Notes: generated by a model from the letters alone, not told the origin. A DNA stretch of 64,000 bases from Candidatus Eiseniibacteriota bacterium (GCA_963717505.1 OY970342.1:576001-640000); one strand, 5' to 3'. Shown: positions 10,252 to 20,329, counted from the first letter of the stretch. Made by a program: numbers and translations.

Positions 10252-11684
10252 GTTCCCATCTCACGGTGCCGCTCGCCGTCCATCTCTCGTACCTGCTGGC
10301 TTCGGTTCTGTTCATCGTCGGACTCAAGTTGCTGAGCTCGCCGGCGTCCGCGCGATCGGGCAACCTGGTGGCGGCGGCCGGCATGACGCTCGCCGTGGTC
10401 GCCACGTTGTTCATCCCCGGGCTTCAGCTGTCGCCGCTCCTGTGGCTCGGCCTGGCGGCCGGCACCGTGGCCGGCGTCTGGGGTGCTCGCGCCGTGGCGA
10501 TCACCGACATGCCGCAGATGGTCGCCATGCTCAACGGCCTGGGTGGCGGTGCGGCGGCGCTGGTGTCGGTGACCGAGATCCTGCGCGCCCAGCGGCCGAC
10601 GGGCGTGAGCGCGATCCTCGAGGCACTCGGCGAGCGGGTCGGCGCCTCACCGATCGAGCTGTTCGGCGTCCTGATCGGCTCGGTCGCCTTCAGCGGCAGC
10701 ATCGTCGCCTACGCCAAGCTCCAGGGCCTGGTGTCCGAGAAGGCGATCGCGTCGGGCTGGACGCGCGTTGTCAATCTCTCCCTGGTGGCGCTCCTTCTCG
10801 TATCCGGCTTCCTGTGCATGCAGACGGCGGGCAGCGCGTCACTGATCGTGTTCACGCTGGCAGCACTCGCGTTTGGCGTGTTCATGGTGGTGCCGATCGG
10901 CGGCGCCGACATGCCGGTCGTGATCTCGATCCTCAATTCGTGCACCGGGCTCGCCGCCGCGGCTACCGGATTCGTGCTCGACAACCGGGCGCTGATCATT
11001 GCCGGCACGCTGGTCGGCGCGTCGGGTTCGCTGCTGACACGGCTCATGTGCAAGGCCATGAACCGCTCCCTGGCCAACGTGCTGTTTGGCGGCTTCGGCG
11101 CAGCGCCCGCTACCGGCGCCGGCGCTGCCGCCGCGGGCTCGGCCACCGGACGACCGGTTCGCGAAGTCGGCCCCGAGGATGCCGCCGTGCTCTTGTCCAA
11201 CATCCGTTCGCTGATCGTGGTTCCCGGCTACGGCATGGCGGTGGCACAGGCCCAACACGCAGTACGCGAGCTGGCCGAGCTGCTCGGCAAGCGCGGCGTC
11301 GAGGTGAAGTACGCGGTCCATCCTGTGGCGGGTCGCATGCCCGGGCACATGAACGTCCTGCTCGCCGAGGCCAACGTCCCCTACACGCAGCTCTTCGATC
11401 TCGAACAGATCAACAGCGAGTTCGAGCACACCGATGTCGCTCTGGTGATCGGCGCCAACGACGTGGTCAACCCCGCGGCGCGCACCGACACCCAGAGTCC
11501 GATCTACGGCATGCCGATCCTGGATGCCGACAAGGCTCAGCACTGCATCGTGATCAAGCGGAGCCTGAACCCGGGCTTTGCCGGGATCGACAACCCGCTC
11601 TACTACGAGCCACGCACACTGATGCTGTTCGGTGACGCTAAAGGCGCGGTGGTCAAGCTGGTCGAGGCGCTCAAAGCCGCGTAG
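10248..11684 (+). CDS. pntB: NAD(P) transhydrogenase beta subunit
   Basis: MPQMVAMLNGLGGGAA, IGGADMPVVIS, HPVAGRMPGHMNVLLAEA and GANDVVNPAA motifs. Confidence 0.96.
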   Translation: MSSHLTVPLAVHLSYLLASVLFIVGLKLLSSPASARSGNLVAAAGMTLAVVATLFIPGLQLSPLLWLGLAAGTVAGVWGARAVAITDMPQMVAMLNGLGGGAAALVSVTEILRAQRPTGVSAILEALGERVGASPIELFGVLIGSVAFSGSIVAYAKLQGLVSEKAIASGWTRVVNLSLVALLLVSGFLCMQTAGSASLIVFTLAALAFGVFMVVPIGGADMPVVISILNSCTGLAAAATGFVLDNRALIIAGTLVGASGSLLTRLMCKAMNRSLANVLFGGFGAAPATGAGAAAAGSATGRPVREVGPEDAAVLLSNIRSLIVVPGYGMAVAQAQHAVRELAELLGKRGVEVKYAVHPVAGRMPGHMNVLLAEANVPYTQLFDLEQINSEFEHTDVALVIGANDVVNPAARTDTQSPIYGMPILDADKAQHCIVIKRSLNPGFAGIDNPLYYEPRTLMLFGDAKGAVVKLVEALKAA

Positions 11685-11728
11685 AAAACACTGGACGCTC
11701 GCCAACGTCCGGTGGAAAATGCGCCATC

Positions 11729-13567
11729 ATGTTCGGCCGCATCTTGCTCGACACCGGCGCGCGGGTTCCACGCGCGATCAGGGCCGTCCTGGCCTCGGCT
11801 TTTTTTGCTGGCGCCGCCGGGGTTGCCCGCGCCGACAATCCCATCATCGACGAGAACGCGTTGCCGGGAACCACCGCGTGGCAGCTCGTAGATGGCCTCC
11901 AAACCGGCGGCTGTCCGAACGACAGCTGCTCCTGGTTCCTGGGCGCCCGCCGCGGCGCCGAGGGGTACGCCTCGCCCGAGAGCGTCGACCACGGCGACAC
12001 GCTCCGAATCTTCGTGAGCTGCGACGAGCCGGAGTTCACGCTGCGTGTGTTTCGCATGGGCTGGTACGGGGGCGCCGGCGGACGTCAGGTGCTGGGTCCG
12101 GTCACGCTCCCCGGCCGGTATCAGATCGCGCCGGCCCCAGACCCCGCGAGCGGCAAGGTCGAGTGCCGGTGGACGGATCCGCTTTCGATCGCGATCCCCA
12201 ACGACTGGGTGAGCGGCGTCTATCTCGCCACCCTCACGACCTCGATCACGCACGAGCAGTCCTACGTGCCATTCGTGGTTCGCGATCATGAACGTGCGGC
12301 TGACCTGGCCGTCATGCTCCCGACCCTGACCTGGCAGGCCTACAACTGCTGGGGCGGCCGATCGCTCTACGGCTTCAACAGCATCGGCTGCCAGGCCGCG
12401 ACCGAAGTGTCGTTCGACCGCCCGCACTCGAATGGATTCGGCGCCGGCGACTTGTTCTTCTATTCGATCCAGACGATCCGCTGGCTCGAGCGCGAAGGCT
12501 ACGACGTCACCTATTGCACCAACGTCGACTTGCATGCCGACGCCGCCATGATGCGATCCCGGCGCGCCATCGTGTCGACGGCGCACGACGAGTACTGGAC
12601 CTGGGAAATGCGCACGAACCTCGAAGAGGTTCGCGACAGCGTGAGCATGGCGTTTCTCGGCGCCAACACGTGTTACTGGCAGGTGCGGCTCGGGCCCAAC
12701 GGCAACGGAATGCCCCTGCGCACCGTAGTCGGTTACAAGGAACGGGCGCTCACCGAGGATCCGTACCTGTACGACGGGGATCCGAGCAACGACCACCGGG
12801 TCACGACCCGGTGGCGAATCCTGCCCGTGAACTGGCCCGAAGGGGGGTTGGTGGGGGTCCAGTACGACTCCAACATGCAGGGGCTGATTCCCACGGATCT
12901 GGACATGATCGTGACCGGGAATCCGCCCTGGCTGTTCGCGAACACCGGTCTCGCCCCCGGCGACACGTTGCCCATGCTGTTGGGTCACGAGATGGACCGG
13001 CGGCATCCCTCTTCGGTCGAGTACGCGGTGGTCGCGGCCAGCTCACCGGTCTACATCTCGGACCCGGCCTACCCCGACCCCTTCCGCGGCATTGCCGAGA
13101 TGACCGTGTGCGAGACCACGAGCAACATCATCTTCGCCACCGGCACCCTGCAGTGGAGCTGGGGGCTCGACGACTGTCCGCTCGGGATCGGCCACATCCC
13201 GCGGGTCAGTCCCGCGGCCCAGCAGATGACGCGGAACGTCCTCGACCGCATGATTACCCTGGTGTTGCCGCCCCTCGACGTGCCCTCGGGAACCACGGCC
13301 AGACGCTCGATGTCCGCCTGGCCGCAGCCATTTCGCGGCGGCCGGCTGCAGCTCTCGCTCGAGGAGTTCGAGGGACCGGACCCGGTCCAAGTCACGGTTC
13401 ACGACGTGGCCGGGCGGCGCCTGCGGTCGTTCCCCGCGACCGGAGGGCGCGACGCCCAGTGGGACGGCCGCGACGACCAGGGACTCGAGGTCGCGAGCGG
13501 CCTGGTCTGGATCCGCGCGAGACGAGGCGATCAGGTTCGTGGCACACGGGTGCTGGTGATCCGTTAG
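11729..13567 (+). CDS. Secreted protein with N,N-dimethylformamidase beta-subunit-like domain and FlgD/T9SS-type C-terminal domain
   Basis: Signal peptide; NPIIDENALPGT, TWQAYNCWGGRSLY, VSFDRP, HDEYW; C-terminal PQPF...HDVAGRRLR...WDGRDDQG..VASG. Confidence 0.8.
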   Translation: MFGRILLDTGARVPRAIRAVLASAFFAGAAGVARADNPIIDENALPGTTAWQLVDGLQTGGCPNDSCSWFLGARRGAEGYASPESVDHGDTLRIFVSCDEPEFTLRVFRMGWYGGAGGRQVLGPVTLPGRYQIAPAPDPASGKVECRWTDPLSIAIPNDWVSGVYLATLTTSITHEQSYVPFVVRDHERAADLAVMLPTLTWQAYNCWGGRSLYGFNSIGCQAATEVSFDRPHSNGFGAGDLFFYSIQTIRWLEREGYDVTYCTNVDLHADAAMMRSRRAIVSTAHDEYWTWEMRTNLEEVRDSVSMAFLGANTCYWQVRLGPNGNGMPLRTVVGYKERALTEDPYLYDGDPSNDHRVTTRWRILPVNWPEGGLVGVQYDSNMQGLIPTDLDMIVTGNPPWLFANTGLAPGDTLPMLLGHEMDRRHPSSVEYAVVAASSPVYISDPAYPDPFRGIAEMTVCETTSNIIFATGTLQWSWGLDDCPLGIGHIPRVSPAAQQMTRNVLDRMITLVLPPLDVPSGTTARRSMSAWPQPFRGGRLQLSLEEFEGPDPVQVTVHDVAGRRLRSFPATGGRDAQWDGRDDQGLEVASGLVWIRARRGDQVRGTRVLVIR

Positions 13568-13643
13568 ACTACCGGCCGCGGGCGCCGACCTCGCCGGCCC
13601 GCACGAACGGATTCGCGACCCGGGCCTCTTCTGGAGGTGAACC

Positions 13644-14204
13644 ATGGTTCCCGTTCCTTCGCTGTGGCTTCCGATTCTGCTCTCCGCGGTGATCGTGTTC
13701 CTGATCAGCTGGCTGATCCACATGTTCCTTCCCTATCACCGCAGCGACTTCGGCAAGGTGCCGTCCGAGGATCAGGTCATGGACGCCTTGCGTCCGTTCA
13801 ACATCCCGCCGGGCTCCTACATCCTCCCGAATCCGGGCGGCCCGGCCGGAATGCGCTCACCCGAGTACCAGGAGAAGTTCAAGCGCGGCCCGGTCGCGTT
13901 CATCACGGTCATGAAACCTGGCGTGAACACGATGGGGTCGAGCCTGCTCCAGTGGTTCCTGTTCTGCATCCTGGTCTCGGTATTCGCCGCGTACGTTGCC
14001 GGGCGCACGCTTCAGGCCGGCGCGCCCTATCTGCACGTCTTCCGTTTCGCCGGCACCACGGCGTTTTGCGGCTACGCCCTGGCGCTTTGGCAGAATTCGA
14101 TCTGGTACAAGCGGGCGTGGAGCGTGACCTTCAAACACACGTTCGACGGTCTCCTCTACGCACTGTTCACCGCCGGCACGTTCGGCTGGCTATGGCCGCG
14201 ATAG
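13644..14204 (+). CDS. Conserved hypothetical membrane protein
   Basis: 186 aa with about 4 TM helices; GGAGG RBS. Confidence 0.75.
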   Translation: MVPVPSLWLPILLSAVIVFLISWLIHMFLPYHRSDFGKVPSEDQVMDALRPFNIPPGSYILPNPGGPAGMRSPEYQEKFKRGPVAFITVMKPGVNTMGSSLLQWFLFCILVSVFAAYVAGRTLQAGAPYLHVFRFAGTTAFCGYALALWQNSIWYKRAWSVTFKHTFDGLLYALFTAGTFGWLWPR

Positions 14205-14214
14205 GAGTCGAGTC

Positions 14215-15591
14215 ATGAACGATTTGCGCACACGCCTGCGCGGACCCGTGATCGAACCGGGGCAGCCGGGCTACGACGACATCCGTTCGGTTTGGAACGC
14301 CATGATCGACCGCCGTCCGGCGGCGATCGCCCGTTGCCTCGGCGTCGCGGACGTAATCGCCGGCGTCCAGTTCGCCCGCGAGCGTGGCCTGCCGCTGTGC
14401 ATCAAAGGTGGCGGCCACAACATCGCCGGGCTCGCGGTGTGCGACGGCGGGCTTCTGCTCGACCTGTCGCTGATGCGCGGTGTGTGGGTCGATCCGAAGG
14501 GCCGGGTGGCACGCGCGCAGGGTGGCTGCCTGCTCGGTGACGTCGACCGCGAGACCCAGCTCCACGGACTCGCCGCGGTGCTCGGTTTCGTCTCCAACAC
14601 CGGGATCGCGGGACTCACGCTCGGCGGCGGATTCGGATACACGACGCGGCGCTTCGGCTGGACCTCGGACAACGTGAACGCGATGGAAGTGGTCACCGCC
14701 GACAGCCGCCTGGTGCGAGCGAGCGCCGACGAGAACGCCGATCTCTTCTGGGGACTGCGCGGCGGCGGCGGCAATTTCGGCGTGGTCACCGGATTCGATT
14801 ATCAGCTGCATGCGTTCGGGCCCGAGATCTATGGCGGCGGCATCGCCTGGCGCGCCGAGGAAGCGCCGGCCGTGCTCGAGATGCTCAAGCGTCTGGACGC
14901 CGACGGGCCGCCCGAGCTGTCGTGCGCCATGGCCATGCGCATCGCGCCGCCCGCCCCTTGGATCGCGAAGGAAGCGCACGGCCAGCCGATCATCCTCCTG
15001 GTGATCTGTTACACGGGTGAGGTCGGGGCCGGCGAGAAGCTCCTGGCGCCGGTCAAGGCGCACGGCAAGCCGGTCGGCGACATCGTCCAGCGCCGGCCGT
15101 ACGTGACCCAACAGAGCCTGCTCGACGCCACGCAGCCCAAGGGCCGGCGTTACTACTGGAAGTCCGAGTACCTGCCGGGTTATTCGAAGGAGTTGTTCGC
15201 GAAGGTCATCGAGCACGCCGCGCGCATTCCGTCGCCGCACTCGGCGGTCATTCTGTTCCCGCTGGGCAAAGCGCTCGGCCGCCTGCCCAACGACCATTCG
15301 GCGGTCGGCAATCGCGACGCGCGCGCGGTGCTCAACATCGCCTCGTCGTGGGAGAAGCCGGAAGACGACAAGACCAACGTGGAGTGGACGCGCGCGACCT
15401 GGAGCGACATGCGCCGGTTCTCGACCGGCGGCACCTACGTCAACTTCCTGACCGAGGAAGACACCGGTGAACGCATTCAGGCCGCGTACGGCGCGAACCT
15501 GGATCGCCTCACCGAGATCAAGGCAGCTTGGGACCCGGACAATCTGTTCCGGACGAACAAGAACATCGCGCCGCAGGCGGCCAGGCGCTGA
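14215..15591 (+). CDS. FAD-binding oxidoreductase (BBE/6-hydroxy-D-nicotine oxidase-like)
   Basis: WNAMIDRRP, KGGGHN, GLTLGGGFG, LFWGLRGGGGNFGVVT and C-terminal BBE motif K..WDPDNLF..N.NI. Confidence 0.9.
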   Translation: MNDLRTRLRGPVIEPGQPGYDDIRSVWNAMIDRRPAAIARCLGVADVIAGVQFARERGLPLCIKGGGHNIAGLAVCDGGLLLDLSLMRGVWVDPKGRVARAQGGCLLGDVDRETQLHGLAAVLGFVSNTGIAGLTLGGGFGYTTRRFGWTSDNVNAMEVVTADSRLVRASADENADLFWGLRGGGGNFGVVTGFDYQLHAFGPEIYGGGIAWRAEEAPAVLEMLKRLDADGPPELSCAMAMRIAPPAPWIAKEAHGQPIILLVICYTGEVGAGEKLLAPVKAHGKPVGDIVQRRPYVTQQSLLDATQPKGRRYYWKSEYLPGYSKELFAKVIEHAARIPSPHSAVILFPLGKALGRLPNDHSAVGNRDARAVLNIASSWEKPEDDKTNVEWTRATWSDMRRFSTGGTYVNFLTEEDTGERIQAAYGANLDRLTEIKAAWDPDNLFRTNKNIAPQAARR

Positions 15592-15632
15592 ACGATTCGG
15601 CGCGCCGCTTGGGCGCCACAGGGAGGTGGCCC

Positions 15633-16184
15633 ATGAAGCACGGATTCGCAGTGGTCGGCCTGTTGGGAATGACGATCGCGCTCGCGTCCTGCTCCAGCAC
15701 CGGTGACGACGCCGCGACTGCCGAGTTGGCGCGCACCCAGGCCCAGGCGACGTGGAAGCTCGCGGTCGACGACGCCGGCGCCACGTCGGAGATGGCGCTC
15801 GAGCGCATGGATATCTATCTGACCGAAGACGAGTACCCCGAATACTTCGAGATCCAGGGCACGGGCGTGGTCCTGGTCGGCGAGATTCCGCAGGAACTGA
15901 AGGTGGGTTACGAGGAAGACTTCAAGAAGCTGGTCGGCAAGTCCATTCCGCTCCTCGCCCGCGGCGGCGACCCGCGCGAAGAGAAGGACGCGACCGTGAC
16001 GATCAACGGTCTCGCCTATCCGGTTTCCGGCGGGTCGTTCACCGTGCAGAAGGTGACCGGCAAGTGGGCGGGCAGCGAGGGCGACAAGACGCTGCACGGC
16101 ACGGTCGAGCTGAAATTGCCGGGGGCCAGCGGCGATCGCACGGTGACCGGGACGTTCGCGGTGAACGCCGTGACGTGGGGATGA
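15633..16184 (+). CDS. Hypothetical lipoprotein
   Basis: GGAGG RBS; MKHGFAVVGLLGMTIALASC lipobox. Confidence 0.75.
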   Translation: MKHGFAVVGLLGMTIALASCSSTGDDAATAELARTQAQATWKLAVDDAGATSEMALERMDIYLTEDEYPEYFEIQGTGVVLVGEIPQELKVGYEEDFKKLVGKSIPLLARGGDPREEKDATVTINGLAYPVSGGSFTVQKVTGKWAGSEGDKTLHGTVELKLPGASGDRTVTGTFAVNAVTWG

Positions 16185-16209
16185 TTCGAAGTCCCTTTCG
16201 AATGGACAG

Positions 16210-16343
16210 GAGGCCCGCCTGCTCGCCAGCCTCAACCACCCGAACATCGGCGCGATCCACGGACTCGAGGAAGCAGGCGGGCACCGCTATCTGGTGCTGG
16301 AGTTCGTCGACGGCGAGACGCTGGCTCAGCGCCTGCGGCGCCC
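16210..16343 (+). pseudogene. Ser/Thr kinase internal fragment
   Basis: EARLLASLNHPNIGAIHGLEEAGGHRYLVLEFVDGETLAQRL matches kinase subdomains III-V, with no N-lobe start and no HRD/DFG. Confidence 0.75.
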
Positions 16344-16413
16344 TGCCTCGGAAATGGGAGCGGCCGGCCCCCGTGGGGGCCGGCCGCCAGATCATCCGTG
16401 CTCAGCTGCACAA

Positions 16414-19400
16414 CTAATTGCCAGGAGACGTGCTCCGGTTTCCACCGCCAGAGAGCGCCACGCTGTCGTTGTCTTCATCATCGTCATCAACGTCATTGTC
16501 ATTGCGGTGGTCATGATTTTTGTTGCACTTTCGCGCGAAGGCGAAGTCCACGTTTGTCTTCTGACCGTCCAGGATTTCGATCTCCAGCTTGCGGTCGGTG
16601 ACCGCGTAGAAGCCCCTTGGCCTCTTGGCCTCGAGCTTGTACTTGCCCGGATCAAGGTCATCGAAAGAATAGCTTCCATCGTGATCGGTCAAGCTGAAGC
16701 GGCAGAACTGGCAGTGCTTGTCATGCTTGGAGTTGCCGGTCTCCTTCGAGCAGATGTGCACCCGTACCCCGGGGATCCCGTCATCGCCCTCGTCGATCTC
16801 CCCGTTGCGGTTGTGATCATCGAATACGATGCCGTTTAGCGCGGTGGCCTCGCCGCCCTCGGTCTGATAGCCAAAGTTCACGTCAGCCTTGGACTCACCC
16901 TCGGCGAGTGTGAACGTCACCGCGGTCGGCGTGGTCGCCGTCATCCCCGTGATCGGGCTGCTGGTGACCGTGTACTCACCAGCGCCGGAAGCGAGGAAGG
17001 TGTAGGCGCCGCTTCCACCAACGGTCGTACCGGTACCGTGGAGGCCGTTGGGACCGATGATGTCAATGCCGGCGGCGCCGATCCCCGGCTCGCCCTTATC
17101 GCGAACACCATCACCGTCGGTGTCGTCGAACACCACACCCTGGATCAAGGCGGTTCCGCCGCCCTCGGTCTGATATCCAAAGTTCACGTCAGCCTTGGAC
17201 TCGCCCTCGGCGAGTGTGAACGTCACTGCGGTCGGCGTGGTCGCCGTCATCCCCGTGATCGGGCTGCTGGTGACCGTGTACTCACCAGCGCCGGAAGCGA
17301 GGAAGGTGTAGGCGCCGCTTCCACCAACGGTCGTACCGGTACCGTGGAGGCCGTTGGGACCGATGATGTCAATGCCGGCGGCGCCGATACCTGGCTCGCC
17401 CTTATCGCGAACACCATCACCGTCGGTGTCGTCGAACACCACACCCTGGATCAAGGCGGTTCCGCCGCCCTCGGTCTGATATCCAAAGTTCACGTCAGCC
17501 TTGGACTCGCCCTCGGCGAGTGTGAACGTCACTGCGGTTGGCGTGGTCGCCGTCATCCCCGTGATCGGGCTGCTGGTGACCGTGTACTCACCAGCGCCGG
17601 AAGCGAGGAAGGTGTAGGCGCCGCTTCCACCAACGGTCGTACCGGTACCGTGGAGGCCGTTGGGACCGATGATGTCAATGCCGGCGGCGCCGATCCCCGG
17701 CTCGCCCTTATCGCGAACACCATCACCGTCGGTGTCGTCGAACACCACACCGGTGATCAAGGCGGTTCCGCCGCCCTCGGTCTGATAGCCAAAGTTCACG
17801 TCAGCCTTGGACTCGCCCTCGGCGAGTGTGAACGTCACTGCGGTCGGCGTGGTCGCCGTCATCCCCGTGATCGGGCTGCTGGTGACCGTGTACTCACCAG
17901 CGCCGGAAGCGAGGAAGGTGTAGGCGCCGCTTCCTCCAACGGTCGTACCGGTACCGTGGAGGCCGTTGGGACCGATGATGTCAATGCCGGCGGCGCCGAT
18001 CCCTGGCTCGCCCTTATCGCGAACACCATCACCGTCGGTGTCGTCGAACACCACACCCTGGATCAAGGCGGTTCCGCCGCCCTCGGTCTGATATCCAAAG
18101 TTCACGTCAGCCTTGGACTCGCCCTCGGCGAGTGTGAACGTCACTGCGGTCGGCGTGGTCGCCGTCATCCCCGTGATCGGGCTGCTGGTGACCGTGTACT
18201 CACCAGCGCCGGAAGCGAGGAAGGTGTAGGCGCCGCTTCCACCAACGGTCGTACCGGTACCGTGGAGGCCGTTGGGACCGATGATGTCAATGCCGGCGGC
18301 GCCGATCCCCGGCTCGCCCTTATCGCGGACACCATCACCGTCGGTGTCGTCGAACACCACACCGGTGATCAAGGCGGTTCCGCCGCCCTCGGTCTGATAT
18401 CCAAAGTTCACGTCAGCCTTGGACTCGCCCTCGGCGAGTGTGAACGTCACTGCGGTCGGCGTGGTCGCCGTCATCCCCGTGATCGGGCTGCTGGTGACCG
18501 TGTACTCACCAGCGCCGGAAGCGAGGAAGGTGTAGGCGCCGCTTCCTCCAACGGTCGTACCGGTACCGTGGAGGCCGTTGGGACCGATGATGTCAATGCC
18601 GGCGGCGCCGATCCCCGGCTCGCCCTTATCGCGGACACCATCACCGTCGGTGTCGTCGAACACCACACCGGTGATCAAGGCGGTTCCGCCGCCCTCGGTC
18701 TGATATCCAAAGTTCACGTCAGCCTTGGACTCGCCCTCGGCGAGTGTGAACGTCACTGCGGTCGGCGTGGTCGCCGTCATCCCCGTGATCGGGCTGCTGG
18801 TGACCGTGTACTCACCAGCGCCGGAAGCGAGGAAGGTGTAGGCGCCGCTTCCTCCAACGGTCGTACCGGTACCGTGGAGGCCGTTGGGACCGATGATGTC
18901 AATGCCGGCGGCGCCGATCCCCGGCTCGCCCTTATCGCGGACACCATCACCGTCGGTGTCGTCGAACACCACACCCTGGATCAAGGCGGTTCCGCCGCCC
19001 TCGGACTTGCAGCCAAAGTTGGCAGCGAGGAACGAACTGACCACACCCTCAAATTCGATCAGAGTCACGTAGATCGGGTGTCCTGTCGTAACCTCGACCC
19101 CTTCTACGGCAATCTTGTCGACGGTGTAGAATCCGGTGTCGAGGCCGGTGAAGAGATAGCTTCCGTCGGCAGCCGAGGCCGTGACCATCTCGTCCAGGCC
19201 CTCTGCGTTCAGAGTGAGCATGGCGCCCTCGAGGCCAGCCTCGTTGGTATCCATGATGCCGTCGCCATCTGCGTCATCCCACACCATGCCGCCGATGGAA
19301 CCCTTTCCATCTTCACCATTACCGGCGCCCAGAATTGCCACGAAGGCAACTGCATTACCCTCTGGAACGACGAATCCGGTTGCGCGACTCAGGCTCTCTT

Positions 19401-19860
19401 CACCCGGCGTCCACATCGCGTCGTCGTTTTCGAACTGGAAGCTGATCATCGCACCAGGACCCGACTCCTTACCGTCGGGATCCAGGACGGTCACGCCGGT
19501 AGGTGCAATGCTGGCGAAGGTCAGCGAGACGGGCTCGTTGTAGGTGTTTGTGCCCAGGTTTGCGACAGTGAGGTCCACAAGCAACGCGCCATCTTCATAA
19601 CGGACGTTGCGGCCGCGGATGGCGAAGGGACCCTCGATCGGGTTCTCCGGATCGCCGTTGGTCGCAGAGATGTACTCGAAGTCCAATCCAGCATTCAGCT
19701 CGCCGCGGATCACGCCCCTATCATCGGCGCCGTCCTTGGCGGAGTTGCTCATGGGCAAGTCGCTGGAACAACCAGCAACCGCGAGCGCAATAGCCGACAC
19801 GAGGACCGGAACCGACCGGAGGAGTCTCTCCATACCGCGAGAATCGCGACGGGTACTCAT
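16414..19860 (-). CDS. Surface lipoprotein with SdrD B-like repeats
   Basis: AAGGAG RBS before ATG 19860; LAVAGC lipobox; nine G.V(W/F)DD..(D/N)G...D..E.G...(A/V)(N/D)F(G/A) domains, seven of them near-identical; acidic C-terminal tail. Confidence 0.85.
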   Translation of the reverse strand: MSTRRDSRGMERLLRSVPVLVSAIALAVAGCSSDLPMSNSAKDGADDRGVIRGELNAGLDFEYISATNGDPENPIEGPFAIRGRNVRYEDGALLVDLTVANLGTNTYNEPVSLTFASIAPTGVTVLDPDGKESGPGAMISFQFENDDAMWTPGEESLSRATGFVVPEGNAVAFVAILGAGNGEDGKGSIGGMVWDDADGDGIMDTNEAGLEGAMLTLNAEGLDEMVTASAADGSYLFTGLDTGFYTVDKIAVEGVEVTTGHPIYVTLIEFEGVVSSFLAANFGCKSEGGGTALIQGVVFDDTDGDGVRDKGEPGIGAAGIDIIGPNGLHGTGTTVGGSGAYTFLASGAGEYTVTSSPITGMTATTPTAVTFTLAEGESKADVNFGYQTEGGGTALITGVVFDDTDGDGVRDKGEPGIGAAGIDIIGPNGLHGTGTTVGGSGAYTFLASGAGEYTVTSSPITGMTATTPTAVTFTLAEGESKADVNFGYQTEGGGTALITGVVFDDTDGDGVRDKGEPGIGAAGIDIIGPNGLHGTGTTVGGSGAYTFLASGAGEYTVTSSPITGMTATTPTAVTFTLAEGESKADVNFGYQTEGGGTALIQGVVFDDTDGDGVRDKGEPGIGAAGIDIIGPNGLHGTGTTVGGSGAYTFLASGAGEYTVTSSPITGMTATTPTAVTFTLAEGESKADVNFGYQTEGGGTALITGVVFDDTDGDGVRDKGEPGIGAAGIDIIGPNGLHGTGTTVGGSGAYTFLASGAGEYTVTSSPITGMTATTPTAVTFTLAEGESKADVNFGYQTEGGGTALIQGVVFDDTDGDGVRDKGEPGIGAAGIDIIGPNGLHGTGTTVGGSGAYTFLASGAGEYTVTSSPITGMTATTPTAVTFTLAEGESKADVNFGYQTEGGGTALIQGVVFDDTDGDGVRDKGEPGIGAAGIDIIGPNGLHGTGTTVGGSGAYTFLASGAGEYTVTSSPITGMTATTPTAVTFTLAEGESKADVNFGYQTEGGEATALNGIVFDDHNRNGEIDEGDDGIPGVRVHICSKETGNSKHDKHCQFCRFSLTDHDGSYSFDDLDPGKYKLEAKRPRGFYAVTDRKLEIEILDGQKTNVDFAFARKCNKNHDHRNDNDVDDDDEDNDSVALSGGGNRSTSPGN
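16851..19004. repeat. Seven tandem 306-bp near-identical coding repeats
   Basis: Unit cgccgccctcggtctgat...gatcaaggcggttc recurs every 306 nt; shadow ORFs start at 16941, 17247, 17553, 17859, 18165, 18471 and 18777. Confidence 0.97.
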
Positions 19861-20329
19861 GATGTGTCTCCTTGCGATAGAGGGCGACCAGACACCGACC
19901 AACATGGAGGTGCGATGCGAATAGTTGGGAGCATCGCGAGGCGCGCCGGGGCGCACCATAACGGTCGAAGTATCGCCCAAAGCAACGTCGGGAGTAACCG
20001 AATTCCGTGACCGCGAAGGTCAGGATTCAAGGAATCTATCGATTCAGTCCGTAGTGTTTAGGCGCGCTAAACACTGCAAGGGCGTGCGTTGCGACATCGT
20101 GGTCATCCCTTGAGAAGTCGGAGTTTGGCATGCTGGCTGTCCTTCCCACTTGTTCATGCGGCTACGGCTGACGCTCTCTGAACCGGCGAACGTCGAGTTG
20201 GCGGACGTCGAACTGCGACACAATTTGGCTTCGGAGAGCGCGGTTGTCGCGGTGAAACGTCGACCGACGGCGGACGGGGCAGACGGGTGCGCACGCGCAA
20301 CGTCTCCGTCAGCAGGTTTGCGGTCGGGA

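Noticed and set aside
14215-15591. FAD oxidase as the missing urate oxidase
   Set aside because: It belongs to the BBE/VAO family rather than the HpxO monooxygenase family, and lies about 24 kb from the nearest purine gene.
16851-19004. Possible CRISPR array or DGR template/variable repeat
   Set aside because: Units are 306 bp, in frame and contiguous, with no spacers, no cas or reverse transcriptase gene, and no adenine-specific variation.
17038-20010. 990-aa plus-strand ORF and seven 65-aa ORFs over the repeat array
   Set aside because: Antisense or alternate-frame shadows of the SdrD-repeat lipoprotein, with no RBS or motif support.
20126-20140. TGGCATGCTGGCTGT as a sigma54 site
   Set aside because: It lacks the invariant -12 GC and has no intact gene downstream.
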